Positions 8,133 to 18,243 of a stretch of DNA of 36,874 nt are shown piece by piece; the stretch's first letter is position 1, and the number at the start of each line of letters is the position of its first letter. The stretch comes from a virus (lineage: Duplodnaviria > Caudoviricetes): positions 1-36,874 of IMG/VR virus record IMGVR_UViG_3300025357_000024; one strand, 5' to 3'. A program made the translations under genes and the position numbers. Below the pieces are notes generated by a model. That model was not told where the DNA came from, did no database searches, and saw only the letters and a list, made by a program, of their open reading frames with translations.

Positions 8133-11100
8133 TTATTTTTGTAGTGCAATTGCCCTCAAATCACCAACTCTCGGAACAACGGCAGAGTTTACACCATCAT
8201 TTAGGAGACCAACCTTGAGAGCAAAGTATTTGTATGTGGAGTAAGTAACACCAACATCAGTGGTGTAGGTGATAACATTGGCGGCGCCAGCATAGTCACC
8301 ATTGAGTGCCACGGTGCGGCCGGTGTATAGGACCTGAGTATTGCCTACTACGACACCAGTTGTATTTACAACATTGGCAGTTTCGCCAGCATCAAATCCT
8401 GTATCGGACATAACGTAGATTGTGCCACCCTCTACGTTTTCTACCATAGCGGAGAAACCTGATGTTAGACCGTTTAGAGTAAATCCAACATTAACACCTG
8501 TTGAGAATCCTAATGTGTTTGCGATTGTTACCCTATCAACAGAACTTGTAGGAACAAGATATGTATATTCCTTAAAGTTGCTTCTATCATCAAGTGAAGA
8601 ATAGGTTTGGTCACCATTACCATCCTTATACAACTCAACCCAATGTTGCTGTGCGAATGGCGTGCCATCTTGAGCATTTAGAATTTTAATCCAAACTTTA
8701 ACATCAGTTCCTGGTGGACGATATGCCGATAGAATAACGTGCATATCTTCAGCATCCTGGCCTTCAGCAAGGGTTACTGTCTTTGAGATATACTTGTTAA
8801 TCAAAGCACCATGAGTTGGTAATGTTTCATCCGTTGTGTCATTGTTGATAATGTTATCAAGGATGATTGTCTGTGTTTTTGTCAGATCAAGCAATGGTGA
8901 AACGGAATTAGATGACGTTTTCATACTGACTGAAATAATCTGAGAGTTAGCACCAGCAAGTTGGTTGATCTCATTTGTTCTAGAAAGAACTGCCCTTTCT
9001 TTATTGAAATACTGGGTAGTTGATGGATCAATCTGCGTAACTAATGGATTAGAACCAGTTGTATCAATAGAAGTCATTTCATAAGTCATATCTGTCAATT
9101 GGAAGTTCAATGCTGATGGTTCAAAATGGAATGCTGAATACCTCCAATTTGAAATAGACCAGATTGATGTTAGATAACCATACTGACTCCAATCGGTAGA
9201 ACAAATGATTGCATCACCAACAACAAATCCACCACCTGAACCAGTAAGTTGAACAAGTGAAGTAGGACCATCGATATAATAATCAAGTGTTCCTTGACCA
9301 TTTGTAATACCACTATTGGTTGCCTGACCTTTAAATGTACCATTAGATGAATAGATACGAATAATTTCACCAATATAGTAACCTGTATTGCTTGCTGCAA
9401 TAACGCCTGAAATACCAGTGGATACGTTTACGGCGGCACTATTCTGGAATGAACGGTCGCCAACAACAAAATCGGTTACCGCAACAGATGCTCCACTATT
9501 CAATGCTGGTAAAGCAATGTGATCGCCAGAAATGAATATGTCACCACGATTATTGGCAAAATCAATAGTATTATTATATACGTAAAGTTTTTCAATTGGT
9601 CTGTTACCAAGTGTAGCGGATGCCTGGTTCTTATTAAACTCTGCACGATAAATGTTGCAGGTTAGGTCAACACCTTCAACAATGTCCCAGTTGGTATTGT
9701 TGTTTGTCTGATAGAATGTACCAGTACCACGGCGATCATGTAGTATACCAAGTCCGTTAATATCCTGTTCACCAAGTCTAGAACACCAAACATAAAGGTC
9801 TGGATTAGCATTGATTGGATGGATAACAAATGCATATTGTGTATTGTTATATAAGAAAACTGGAATGTCAAACTTAACATTACATGGATTAGACTGTCCA
9901 TTTGTTGAAATCGGAACACTAGCAGGATTATTAAAGAACACTTCCGAATATGGAACTGTGTTGCGTGTAATCTGCTGGCCAGAATCCATTTCACGAATCT
10001 CACACCAGAAACCTTCACGACCAATACGTGACACGAATAGATCAACTGAGGTTAGGAAGATACCTTCTTCACCGTTTGGTGCTGCTGCAAGGAATGAGTA
10101 TGCGGAGCAAGAGTGTGACCTTGGAGCAGGTGGTGGTGGAGCAGCAATATACTCGAACCCAGCAGAATTATAATTCTGTGAAACATCTTCTGTATGATAA
10201 GCAACGGTCTTTGTTGTAAGAATTGAACGCTGTTTTGTAATTGCCTGTCCAGATGCCGTAAATGTTGCTGCACCGCCTGTAGAAACATCAACAGGAATAT
10301 CGGCAGCAGTTGTAGCATTTGTCAGATCAATATAGTTTCGGCTATCAATAACCAAACAATTACGTTGACCAACTCTAAACTGACCTGTTGTAATTTGCAT
10401 TTGGAATTTAAGTTGTCCGTTAGCATCGGTGATCAATTGGTCACCATAATTAGACCAAGGCCCTAATGATGATGGTAATGGAACAATACCGGCGGCCGCA
10501 TTGGTTGATGTACCAGTTCTAAGATCATTCAATGTATTAGCAGCTAGGCCATACTGACCATTTTGAATAATCCATGAGAACTGATTAGAAGTTAGTGGTC
10601 TAGCACTATTTGCCATTGCCACACTATCAAAATAAGGCCACATACTGGTGTAAGGTTTCATACCGGTACATTGAACAGTGATAACCTGTGGACGAATATA
10701 AGAGTAATTTTGAACGTCAATTACCTTATAATCTGTTTGAACAACGTCAGCACTGTCTGCTTCCCAGTATTGTGTGCCGGTACGGACTGTATTATAAACT
10801 GTTTCAATTGTAACGCCAGCACCACCAACTGGATTGATTGAGTTAGCATAGTTTCTAGCAGCATCATATGTTGAGAATTGCCAGGATAATGGATTACCAT
10901 CTGATCCAACACTACCAGTATAAACCTTATATCCTACAACTTGTGTATTCCAGGCATTCCAGTTTGTGGTATTAAGAACGTCAACTACACCGCCAGTGGT
11001 ATTTTGATTGAAGTAACCATTTGCTTGATAGATGCCATAGTTAGTATTACCGCTGTTTAAGTCATAATGTGCGGTTGTACCATAAGCAGTAATTGCTTCG

Positions 11101-14100
11101 TTTGAAGTACCTTGCGTACCATAGTTTACAACGTAAATTGATTGCTTTGTTAGCATTTCATCAGGCATAATGGTTGTATCTACCCAAATATCCTGTGATG
11201 GGAATAGATTAACAGTGCCCAAATATAACCAAGACTGACGTTCAACGTTAAGATCCATGGTAACATATTGTTGTGCATGGTGAAGAATTTCGGTGTAAGC
11301 AACCGTTATTACCGGATTATTATACTTAACATTTGTACCACTTAGGTAGTTATAGACAATAGATTCCATCTTATAAACAGGACGAATTGTCTTTTCTTTT
11401 GTATCAAAAACAATTCTAAATTCTGGATCATAATCAGCCGCATTGGAGTTATCACGGAAAGAATCCGTGAATATACCGTTTTTAAATCTATCAACACCAG
11501 TGTCGTTTTGAATAACGGTTCCTGTAGCAGCTTTTTCTAAAAGTGATAGTGCTGTGTAGTATTCCAAATTAACTATGCGTTGTTTTAGAACACCAATATC
11601 TCTCATTGTATAGCGATATACTGCTAAAGATTTTGGAGTAGAAGCAAGTTCTGGTCTATTAAGTTTTGTAGCATACGCAGGTGATAATGATGGATATGGA
11701 GAAATGGTTAATTGTGATAGAGCCATAATTCCAGGTGATACAACTGGAATTTGTGGATTACTAGTTGGTTGACCTTTGATAATTTGGAAACGATTATCTT
11801 TATCAACCGCAACTATATCAATTCTACCCAGATAGTAATAGTAATCATATTCAATTACTGAAGAAGGAACAGGAAATTTCATTCCTGATGCTGGGTAAAT
11901 CAAAGTTGATGTTGGTGATGGATTGACAGATGCCGAACCTGGGGTTGTTGTGTCGGTTGCTGTTCTATCTTTAACAACACGGAAATCTAACTGGTTTCTT
12001 AAATCATATGATTGACCTGTGATTGATGATTTGAATACAGGAATGTTTTCAGTTCTAATGTTGTTTGCTGGATTAAATAGAGTATCATTATCTTGGACTG
12101 GATAAGAATCAATAGAGAAGAAACCGCCACGGTTGGTGAAATCAGGATAGAAATAATCCAACTCAACAAGTAACTTATCATTTGATGAAAGTAAAACTTT
12201 TGGTTTAATTGTAGCATGGTCATAATGTGTATCTCTCTGACCATTATCAAATACGAATGAAGTCGTTACATCTAAACCGGCAGTATTAGATGAAGGATAT
12301 GAACCTGTTCCTTTTCTGATTGTTTTAATTTTGTAAACATCAGAGAAACCAAGGTCATAAGGACCATTGATACCTGCTGTTGAACAATCAATCATAACAT
12401 AACGACCAGCATTAAGTGTCTTTTTGATTTCAAGTGCAGTTGTTCTTGCCACTGGATATGTTACGGTAGCATAGAAAATACTTGGGAATGTTTCTTGTAG
12501 ATTAAACTGCAATGATGTTGATGTTGTTGCAATTGTTCTTTGTGAACCAGCATAAGCACCAATACCAAACAGATTGATTTGGTCACCTGCTTCATAAATC
12601 TTGGTAAGAGTATTGCCATTGTTTGATGAAGGTAATGACTGGTCAACTACAAGTTGCGTATCATTGACAATAGACACAACTTGATAAATGAACGTATTAC
12701 CTGATAACTGAATCTTATCACCAACATTTAGGCTAGTAAAGTGTGTACCTGTACCATTAAGGATAACGTTTGATGATGATGTTGATGTAACACCACCTAA
12801 ACCAACTGCCATGCTTGATGCACCACCAGAGGTCTTATTAAATGTTACATAAATTCCATTTGTTCCAATTCCCTGTAGAGTTGTTGTGCCATATGGGAAC
12901 TGCTCAATACCAGCAGAAATCGAAATGGTGAAAATACCATTTGTTGAGACCTGCACCGCAGACGCAACACCTTGTGTATCATTGAATTCAAATGATGTAT
13001 GTGAAGAAAGTATATCATTGGAATCTCTAACTGTATCTGTGTAATTAGAACCAGTGAAATACAACAATGTTGATTGCGGAACATTCTGTAGAACTGCGTT
13101 ACCATTAAGGTCTAAAATACTATCAGCACCGATTGCGGAGTTATATCCACCAACCGCGGCCGCATAAAGACTTTTTACCTGACCAAAAGTATATGAACCT
13201 GTCATTTTTATGTCAGCAAGGTAAACATTATACTTGGCATCATATCCTGGTGTACCAGAAATATATTGGACTGATAGAATAATAGCAGTACCAATTAGAG
13301 TACCGGTTTGTGCGGCAGTAGACCAACCTTTTCCAGTAATTCTCTTTTGTGCAGTATCATAAAGGCCTATTGTATTGCCATTATTAAGTTGCCAACCACC
13401 AACAAATTCATTGACAGTAACATATTGACCCATATTTGCAGCAGCTAACTGTGATGTTATGTTTGCTGTTGTTAGACCTTTTTCTGTAGCAAGGTCCATA
13501 GTTGCTGGCATACCAACTTGATAACCGGAAACATATGCGGTTCCTGGTGATACACCAACATAAAGTAGTTTATTATTTCCGTTTGGATAACGACCATAGT
13601 TAGAACCAGTATCATCATGTTCTTTTAGTTGAACATCAAGGCCATTAACAACATAATCACCAGAGTTATCGGATGTGCGACGAGCCATTGCATCATTAAT
13701 ATATGCATATTGTGTATTGGCACTATATGATTTAACAACACCATTCTCAATTGTAAATAATGATACGAAATCTTGGACACTAGGTGATGCATCAATTGGA
13801 ACAACATCAAGTGTTGGGTTCAACATAAGTCGGTCGGCACCTGGTGCGGAATAGTTTGATGCTTCTTGTGCAGGATCCAATAGTGTTGAATCTTGAGAAG
13901 ATTTTACAATGTCTTCGGTGATATAGAAACCAACACGGGCGGTTGGGTTTGCATTGTAGCGGTCAATAATAACTGCCTGATCTGGAAATGCCACGAAATG
14001 ATTCTTGGCAAATAGAACACCTGAAGAGATGCTAAAACGTGAACCTTTACCGGTTGCGTTTGCTGTATTGGCAACAACCAGTGTTTTGATTGTTCCATTA

Positions 14101-14642
14101 ATGTTTGCTTGTAAGGTTTCACCTGCTTGGAATGCCTTAATAGATGCGTTGGCACTTGAAGAAGATGTATAAGCAACATAAAGTGTTTTTGTGTTTTGTG
14201 ATGATTGTGTACCGTCTAGAACCTGAATTATTTTAGCGGTAATGTTTGATGTGGCACCAACAACCTCCAAACGTGTATTACCTTTGGACTTACCTTGATT
14301 GATATATGTATTCCATTGGTCAATACTTACAGCATTATTAGCAGCATCAAAATCATTGATTTTTACGTATGGTATACCACGACCTGCAGGAAGACCTGCG
14401 TTTGTTTCTAACGTGAACTGTCCTGGAATAACGATTGTGCCATCTTTAAAGATGTTCTTACCAAAACGTGCAATCTGCTCTTGTAATGCGGTCTGCATCT
14501 GTGTGAGTTCACGGGCCTGAACTGAATAACCTGGCTTAAAGAGGATTCGGTAATAACCTTTACTAGGATCATAGTCATCATAGTAAGGTGAAACATCGAA
14601 ATTTGTTGTTAATGATGTGCTATTGGAAGTGTTGGCATCCAT
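8133..14642 (-). CDS. Large virion structural protein, VrlC/DUF4815-like
   Basis: N-terminus NFDVSPYYDDYDPSKGYYRILFKPGYSVQARELTQMQ; internal NYSAPGADRL and DRFKNGIFTDSF; C-terminus VPRVGDLRAIALQ; located downstream of gp8. Confidence 0.85.
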   Translation of the reverse strand: MDANTSNSTSLTTNFDVSPYYDDYDPSKGYYRILFKPGYSVQARELTQMQTALQEQIARFGKNIFKDGTIVIPGQFTLETNAGLPAGRGIPYVKINDFDAANNAVSIDQWNTYINQGKSKGNTRLEVVGATSNITAKIIQVLDGTQSSQNTKTLYVAYTSSSSANASIKAFQAGETLQANINGTIKTLVVANTANATGKGSRFSISSGVLFAKNHFVAFPDQAVIIDRYNANPTARVGFYITEDIVKSSQDSTLLDPAQEASNYSAPGADRLMLNPTLDVVPIDASPSVQDFVSLFTIENGVVKSYSANTQYAYINDAMARRTSDNSGDYVVNGLDVQLKEHDDTGSNYGRYPNGNNKLLYVGVSPGTAYVSGYQVGMPATMDLATEKGLTTANITSQLAAANMGQYVTVNEFVGGWQLNNGNTIGLYDTAQKRITGKGWSTAAQTGTLIGTAIILSVQYISGTPGYDAKYNVYLADIKMTGSYTFGQVKSLYAAAVGGYNSAIGADSILDLNGNAVLQNVPQSTLLYFTGSNYTDTVRDSNDILSSHTSFEFNDTQGVASAVQVSTNGIFTISISAGIEQFPYGTTTLQGIGTNGIYVTFNKTSGGASSMAVGLGGVTSTSSSNVILNGTGTHFTSLNVGDKIQLSGNTFIYQVVSIVNDTQLVVDQSLPSSNNGNTLTKIYEAGDQINLFGIGAYAGSQRTIATTSTSLQFNLQETFPSIFYATVTYPVARTTALEIKKTLNAGRYVMIDCSTAGINGPYDLGFSDVYKIKTIRKGTGSYPSSNTAGLDVTTSFVFDNGQRDTHYDHATIKPKVLLSSNDKLLVELDYFYPDFTNRGGFFSIDSYPVQDNDTLFNPANNIRTENIPVFKSSITGQSYDLRNQLDFRVVKDRTATDTTTPGSASVNPSPTSTLIYPASGMKFPVPSSVIEYDYYYYLGRIDIVAVDKDNRFQIIKGQPTSNPQIPVVSPGIMALSQLTISPYPSLSPAYATKLNRPELASTPKSLAVYRYTMRDIGVLKQRIVNLEYYTALSLLEKAATGTVIQNDTGVDRFKNGIFTDSFRDNSNAADYDPEFRIVFDTKEKTIRPVYKMESIVYNYLSGTNVKYNNPVITVAYTEILHHAQQYVTMDLNVERQSWLYLGTVNLFPSQDIWVDTTIMPDEMLTKQSIYVVNYGTQGTSNEAITAYGTTAHYDLNSGNTNYGIYQANGYFNQNTTGGVVDVLNTTNWNAWNTQVVGYKVYTGSVGSDGNPLSWQFSTYDAARNYANSINPVGGAGVTIETVYNTVRTGTQYWEADSADVVQTDYKVIDVQNYSYIRPQVITVQCTGMKPYTSMWPYFDSVAMANSARPLTSNQFSWIIQNGQYGLAANTLNDLRTGTSTNAAAGIVPLPSSLGPWSNYGDQLITDANGQLKFQMQITTGQFRVGQRNCLVIDSRNYIDLTNATTAADIPVDVSTGGAATFTASGQAITKQRSILTTKTVAYHTEDVSQNYNSAGFEYIAAPPPPAPRSHSCSAYSFLAAAPNGEEGIFLTSVDLFVSRIGREGFWCEIREMDSGQQITRNTVPYSEVFFNNPASVPISTNGQSNPCNVKFDIPVFLYNNTQYAFVIHPINANPDLYVWCSRLGEQDINGLGILHDRRGTGTFYQTNNNTNWDIVEGVDLTCNIYRAEFNKNQASATLGNRPIEKLYVYNNTIDFANNRGDIFISGDHIALPALNSGASVAVTDFVVGDRSFQNSAAVNVSTGISGVIAASNTGYYIGEIIRIYSSNGTFKGQATNSGITNGQGTLDYYIDGPTSLVQLTGSGGGFVVGDAIICSTDWSQYGYLTSIWSISNWRYSAFHFEPSALNFQLTDMTYEMTSIDTTGSNPLVTQIDPSTTQYFNKERAVLSRTNEINQLAGANSQIISVSMKTSSNSVSPLLDLTKTQTIILDNIINNDTTDETLPTHGALINKYISKTVTLAEGQDAEDMHVILSAYRPPGTDVKVWIKILNAQDGTPFAQQHWVELYKDGNGDQTYSSLDDRSNFKEYTYLVPTSSVDRVTIANTLGFSTGVNVGFTLNGLTSGFSAMVENVEGGTIYVMSDTGFDAGETANVVNTTGVVVGNTQVLYTGRTVALNGDYAGAANVITYTTDVGVTYSTYKYFALKVGLLNDGVNSAVVPRVGDLRAIALQK

Positions 14643-14657
14643 TTTATATTTTTCCTC

Positions 14658-15980
14658 TTAGAAACTTAGAACTATTTTGAAATTTTCGTTTTGATCGTCT
14701 GCTCTTTCGATAGCAGTAATGTTGTCCTTATATAGGATACGTCCAACATAAGGTTGTAAATCCGGATTTGCCACTGAACTGACATATCTTGTCGCAGCAC
14801 TGGTGTAACCAACGATTGGTTGTGATGCTGGCGTTCCTTCAACGTTGTTCAATTTTAATACGGAATTAGCAGAATCCCATGCAGTTACCAATCCTCTAAA
14901 TGTAGCATTGGCTAAATTTGTACCTTGATAGGCAATTTCACCCAATACATAATTTGTTGTTGAACTTGATTGACTTAGTGTAATGACGGTTGCTTGTGAA
15001 AATGCAGAATTGGTCATTGTGTTGGAGGTGCCATAAACTAATGGGTTATATAACATTGAAATTTGTCTATAGTCACCTTGTGTTGAAATAACTCCATCTT
15101 CACTACCATTAAGGTCAACATTAATCATAACATAAGAACCACCTAGTTCGTATAATGCATCCGAACCATGACCGCCTGGAGGACTGATAACTACCCTGGC
15201 ATTGGCATATCTACCTACGGTTGAACTAATAATAACGTTAGCATAGGTATATCCAGCACCAAAGTTATCAACAACAATGCTTTGAACTGTATCGGTTTGT
15301 GTATTAACCACCGCATAAGCATTAGCAAATCGACCGTCACCAACTATAGAAACAGAAACGGTATTTTGATATAGATATCCACTTCCACCATTTGTAACTA
15401 ATATACTATTGATAGCACCAAAAACCGCATCTTCTTGTACCTGCCATTGTAAAGAACTATCATCGGAAGTTAATGTCTTTACTGGAATAAAACTGGAAGT
15501 TGTAAACTTTTGTTGTTCATCGACACTCAAGGTATACATATATTTCCAATAATACTGGTCAGCAGTTTGAAATACGATACCTGGGTTGGTAGATGTTGGT
15601 TTATATGTAGAAGGATGACCATAATTATTGGCAATACATTTATAAACGTTAAAAGCGTCTGTTACCACATAATATGCTGTATTAGCACCTTTTTTCAATG
15701 AATCTTGTGTGTGGTCGTATGCAATATAAGTTGTGTTTGCAGTCCAATTAATTCTTGGAATAACATGACGCAAATCATTACCGTTGATTAGTTTACCACC
15801 AATCATATATTTCCAAGTTTCATAGTAAGATTCGACAGAGGTATTGGCCTGATCCGGATTTAAATCATTTGTCCATGGAGTTTGATGGCCAAATGTTAGA
15901 TAAACATTGGATTCACTAAAAGATTGTATAAATTGTTCTGCCGAATAAACTTCAAGGTCTTTGGAGTATGTTGATGCCAT
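14658..15980 (-). CDS. gp8: Baseplate wedge subunit gp8
   Basis: Motifs VIPRINW, YVVTDAFNVYKCIANN, D.YYWKYMYT, PPGGHG.D...ELG, DYRQI and ENFKIVLSF. Confidence 0.9.
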   Translation of the reverse strand: MASTYSKDLEVYSAEQFIQSFSESNVYLTFGHQTPWTNDLNPDQANTSVESYYETWKYMIGGKLINGNDLRHVIPRINWTANTTYIAYDHTQDSLKKGANTAYYVVTDAFNVYKCIANNYGHPSTYKPTSTNPGIVFQTADQYYWKYMYTLSVDEQQKFTTSSFIPVKTLTSDDSSLQWQVQEDAVFGAINSILVTNGGSGYLYQNTVSVSIVGDGRFANAYAVVNTQTDTVQSIVVDNFGAGYTYANVIISSTVGRYANARVVISPPGGHGSDALYELGGSYVMINVDLNGSEDGVISTQGDYRQISMLYNPLVYGTSNTMTNSAFSQATVITLSQSSSTTNYVLGEIAYQGTNLANATFRGLVTAWDSANSVLKLNNVEGTPASQPIVGYTSAATRYVSSVANPDLQPYVGRILYKDNITAIERADDQNENFKIVLSF

Positions 15981-16002
15981 TATCTTTCTCTTTATTACCT
16001 TC

Positions 16003-16010
16003 TATTTATA
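16003..16010 (-). promoter_or_regulatory. T4-type late promoter TATAAATA
   Basis: Exact TATAAATA on the minus strand in the gp7-gp8 intergenic gap. Confidence 0.75.
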
Positions 16011-16020
16011 TGCCAAATTT

Positions 16021-18243
16021 TTACGGATGTGTCGTAATTGTAATATGCGTGTTGATAACATTCACCGTATTCATTAAGGTTTGATTATTATCTTGGAATA
16101 GGTATTCACCATACACCTTCAAACCGGCTGGGTGAATAATATCACTTAATGCTTTTCTATATTTGTTGAGTGATTCCTCAATTTGCACCACATAAGAGTA
16201 TTTTTGATAGAAATCTCTATCCTGTAATACATATGGAGAACTTGGTTGACCTGCCTGATCAAGGTAACGACCAGGATAAGTGTAAATACCTGTAACAATG
16301 TTAGAATATGCCTGTGCAGTTCCGTCACCTTGTGTAGATAAATCAATAATTGGTGCTGTTCTATAACCAAGTCCACCTGAAATAATTCTTAGAGATTGAA
16401 TTGAACCAATGACATTTGATTTTGCAGTAAGCACGGCATCATCACCAATAATAGCAGACACAACTATGTTAGCACCATTACCAGTTGATGTATGTATATT
16501 CGCGGTTGGTAACAAATCAGCACGATAACCATATCCACCTGGTATTCTACCTGGTTCAGCAAAGAAATTAACCTCTGTAATTGTTCCATTAGCATCAACA
16601 ACCGATACCTGTGCATTAGCACCAATACCATAAGTTGCATATGGATTATCAAATGTAATCTGGTCGCCTGCCTGATAATTTCTGCCACCATCAATAATAT
16701 CCATTCTTCCAAGAATACCCATTGAACGAATAGTAGTATTTGATACAACAGAAACATTAGGTAGTTCTACGTATCCAGAACCAGGATTAGTAATAGCACA
16801 AGAGACAATTGGCCCGCAAGGCCCGTATGACCAGTAAATCATTGAGTTTGCTAATAAAGTATTGACATTAGGTTTTTTATTAACAACAAAAGAAACGTTT
16901 GAAAGTCCACCAGGAAGTCCTGGTTGAATCGTTAATTCCCAATAATACTTATTACTTGCTGTAATGGTTTGATAAGTATTCTGCACAAAAAGAACGTCAC
17001 CAGTTTCAAAATAAACATTTGAGTTGGCCAAATTTTTACTTAATGTTATATCATTAATTGTTCCACCAGGTTCGGTGGAGATGTTCAAATTAGATGTATT
17101 GGACCATTGAGTTGCTAAATTGGAATATGCCTGTGTTTCTACAATGTCACCAACAGCATTTACTATTGGTAAATCTGCGACTTGGTCAATAGTAGAACCA
17201 ACAATGTTATAATATGCTGGGTGGAAAGTATAATCATCTAAAACAGAATATACATTGGCAGCCGCATTTGCTCCGCCGCCGCCGACAAATAGTAATGGGT
17301 CATTTACTTTATAACCAGCGCCAGGAAATACAACATTAACGGCCTTAATTTTACCTTCTAGATGACTTTTGGTAACTTTACCAATAACAACCTGACCACC
17401 AAATCCAAATTGAAGGGCACCATTTGAAACAACATATCCATTTTCATCAACTGGTATAACTGGAACAGCCGCACCCTCAACGTATCCAGAACCAGGAGAT
17501 GTTACGGTTGTGTTAATAATAATACCTGAATAAACGTTGGCGGTTAGTGTTTTAAATACACCTTGGTCTTCAATTGTAGTATAAACGGTTTCACCATCAT
17601 AGAAATCTTTAAGCACATCGGAAACAATCATTTCCGTAACTAAAACACCACTCTGGTAATATGGATTGATACTTTCTACCGTAGCAGTAGAATTTGATGT
17701 TACACCTCTAATAGAAGTATTGACAAACCTTGAATATGCGGTGCTATTGGCAACATTATCAACCATAACGTCTTTAATGTTAATAGATTTTTGAATGAAC
17801 CAATTACCATCGGATGCTTTGAGAATGTTATTTTGAGGATAATATACGGTTGCTTCTTTATTGAATAGGATTCTGGCCAAAAATCTAATGGACTTTTCCG
17901 AACCTCTAGAACGATAAAAATCTTTAGCATGTTTAAGAATACGAATAGGGTCAACAAGTGAATCCGATGGAATAAATTTAATAAAGTTTTTATAGAATTC
18001 TTCATTTAGAATGTGGTATTCTTCGTTTTCACCACCACCTTCTTCCAAATAATCAGCATTTAGAGTGTCAATGTCATAGAAGTCCTGAAATCTTTTGGCG
18101 GTATACATCATGCCGCCGTCTTGTTCTAGTGACTTATAATATGCTTCTAAAAATTCAACAAACTTAGGGTGGTCTCTCCTAACGAATTCGGGTAGTTGTG
18201 AATTGACTAGATATGATGTTTTATTATTTGATGAGTCAACCAT
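16021..18243 (-). CDS. gp7: Baseplate wedge initiator gp7-like
   Basis: SQLPEFVRRDHPKFVEFLEAYY; KDFYRSRGSEKSIRFLARILF; LQDRDFYQKYSYVV...IHPAGLKVYG; lies between gp6 and gp8. Confidence 0.85.
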   Translation of the reverse strand: MVDSSNNKTSYLVNSQLPEFVRRDHPKFVEFLEAYYKSLEQDGGMMYTAKRFQDFYDIDTLNADYLEEGGGENEEYHILNEEFYKNFIKFIPSDSLVDPIRILKHAKDFYRSRGSEKSIRFLARILFNKEATVYYPQNNILKASDGNWFIQKSINIKDVMVDNVANSTAYSRFVNTSIRGVTSNSTATVESINPYYQSGVLVTEMIVSDVLKDFYDGETVYTTIEDQGVFKTLTANVYSGIIINTTVTSPGSGYVEGAAVPVIPVDENGYVVSNGALQFGFGGQVVIGKVTKSHLEGKIKAVNVVFPGAGYKVNDPLLFVGGGGANAAANVYSVLDDYTFHPAYYNIVGSTIDQVADLPIVNAVGDIVETQAYSNLATQWSNTSNLNISTEPGGTINDITLSKNLANSNVYFETGDVLFVQNTYQTITASNKYYWELTIQPGLPGGLSNVSFVVNKKPNVNTLLANSMIYWSYGPCGPIVSCAITNPGSGYVELPNVSVVSNTTIRSMGILGRMDIIDGGRNYQAGDQITFDNPYATYGIGANAQVSVVDANGTITEVNFFAEPGRIPGGYGYRADLLPTANIHTSTGNGANIVVSAIIGDDAVLTAKSNVIGSIQSLRIISGGLGYRTAPIIDLSTQGDGTAQAYSNIVTGIYTYPGRYLDQAGQPSSPYVLQDRDFYQKYSYVVQIEESLNKYRKALSDIIHPAGLKVYGEYLFQDNNQTLMNTVNVINTHITITTHP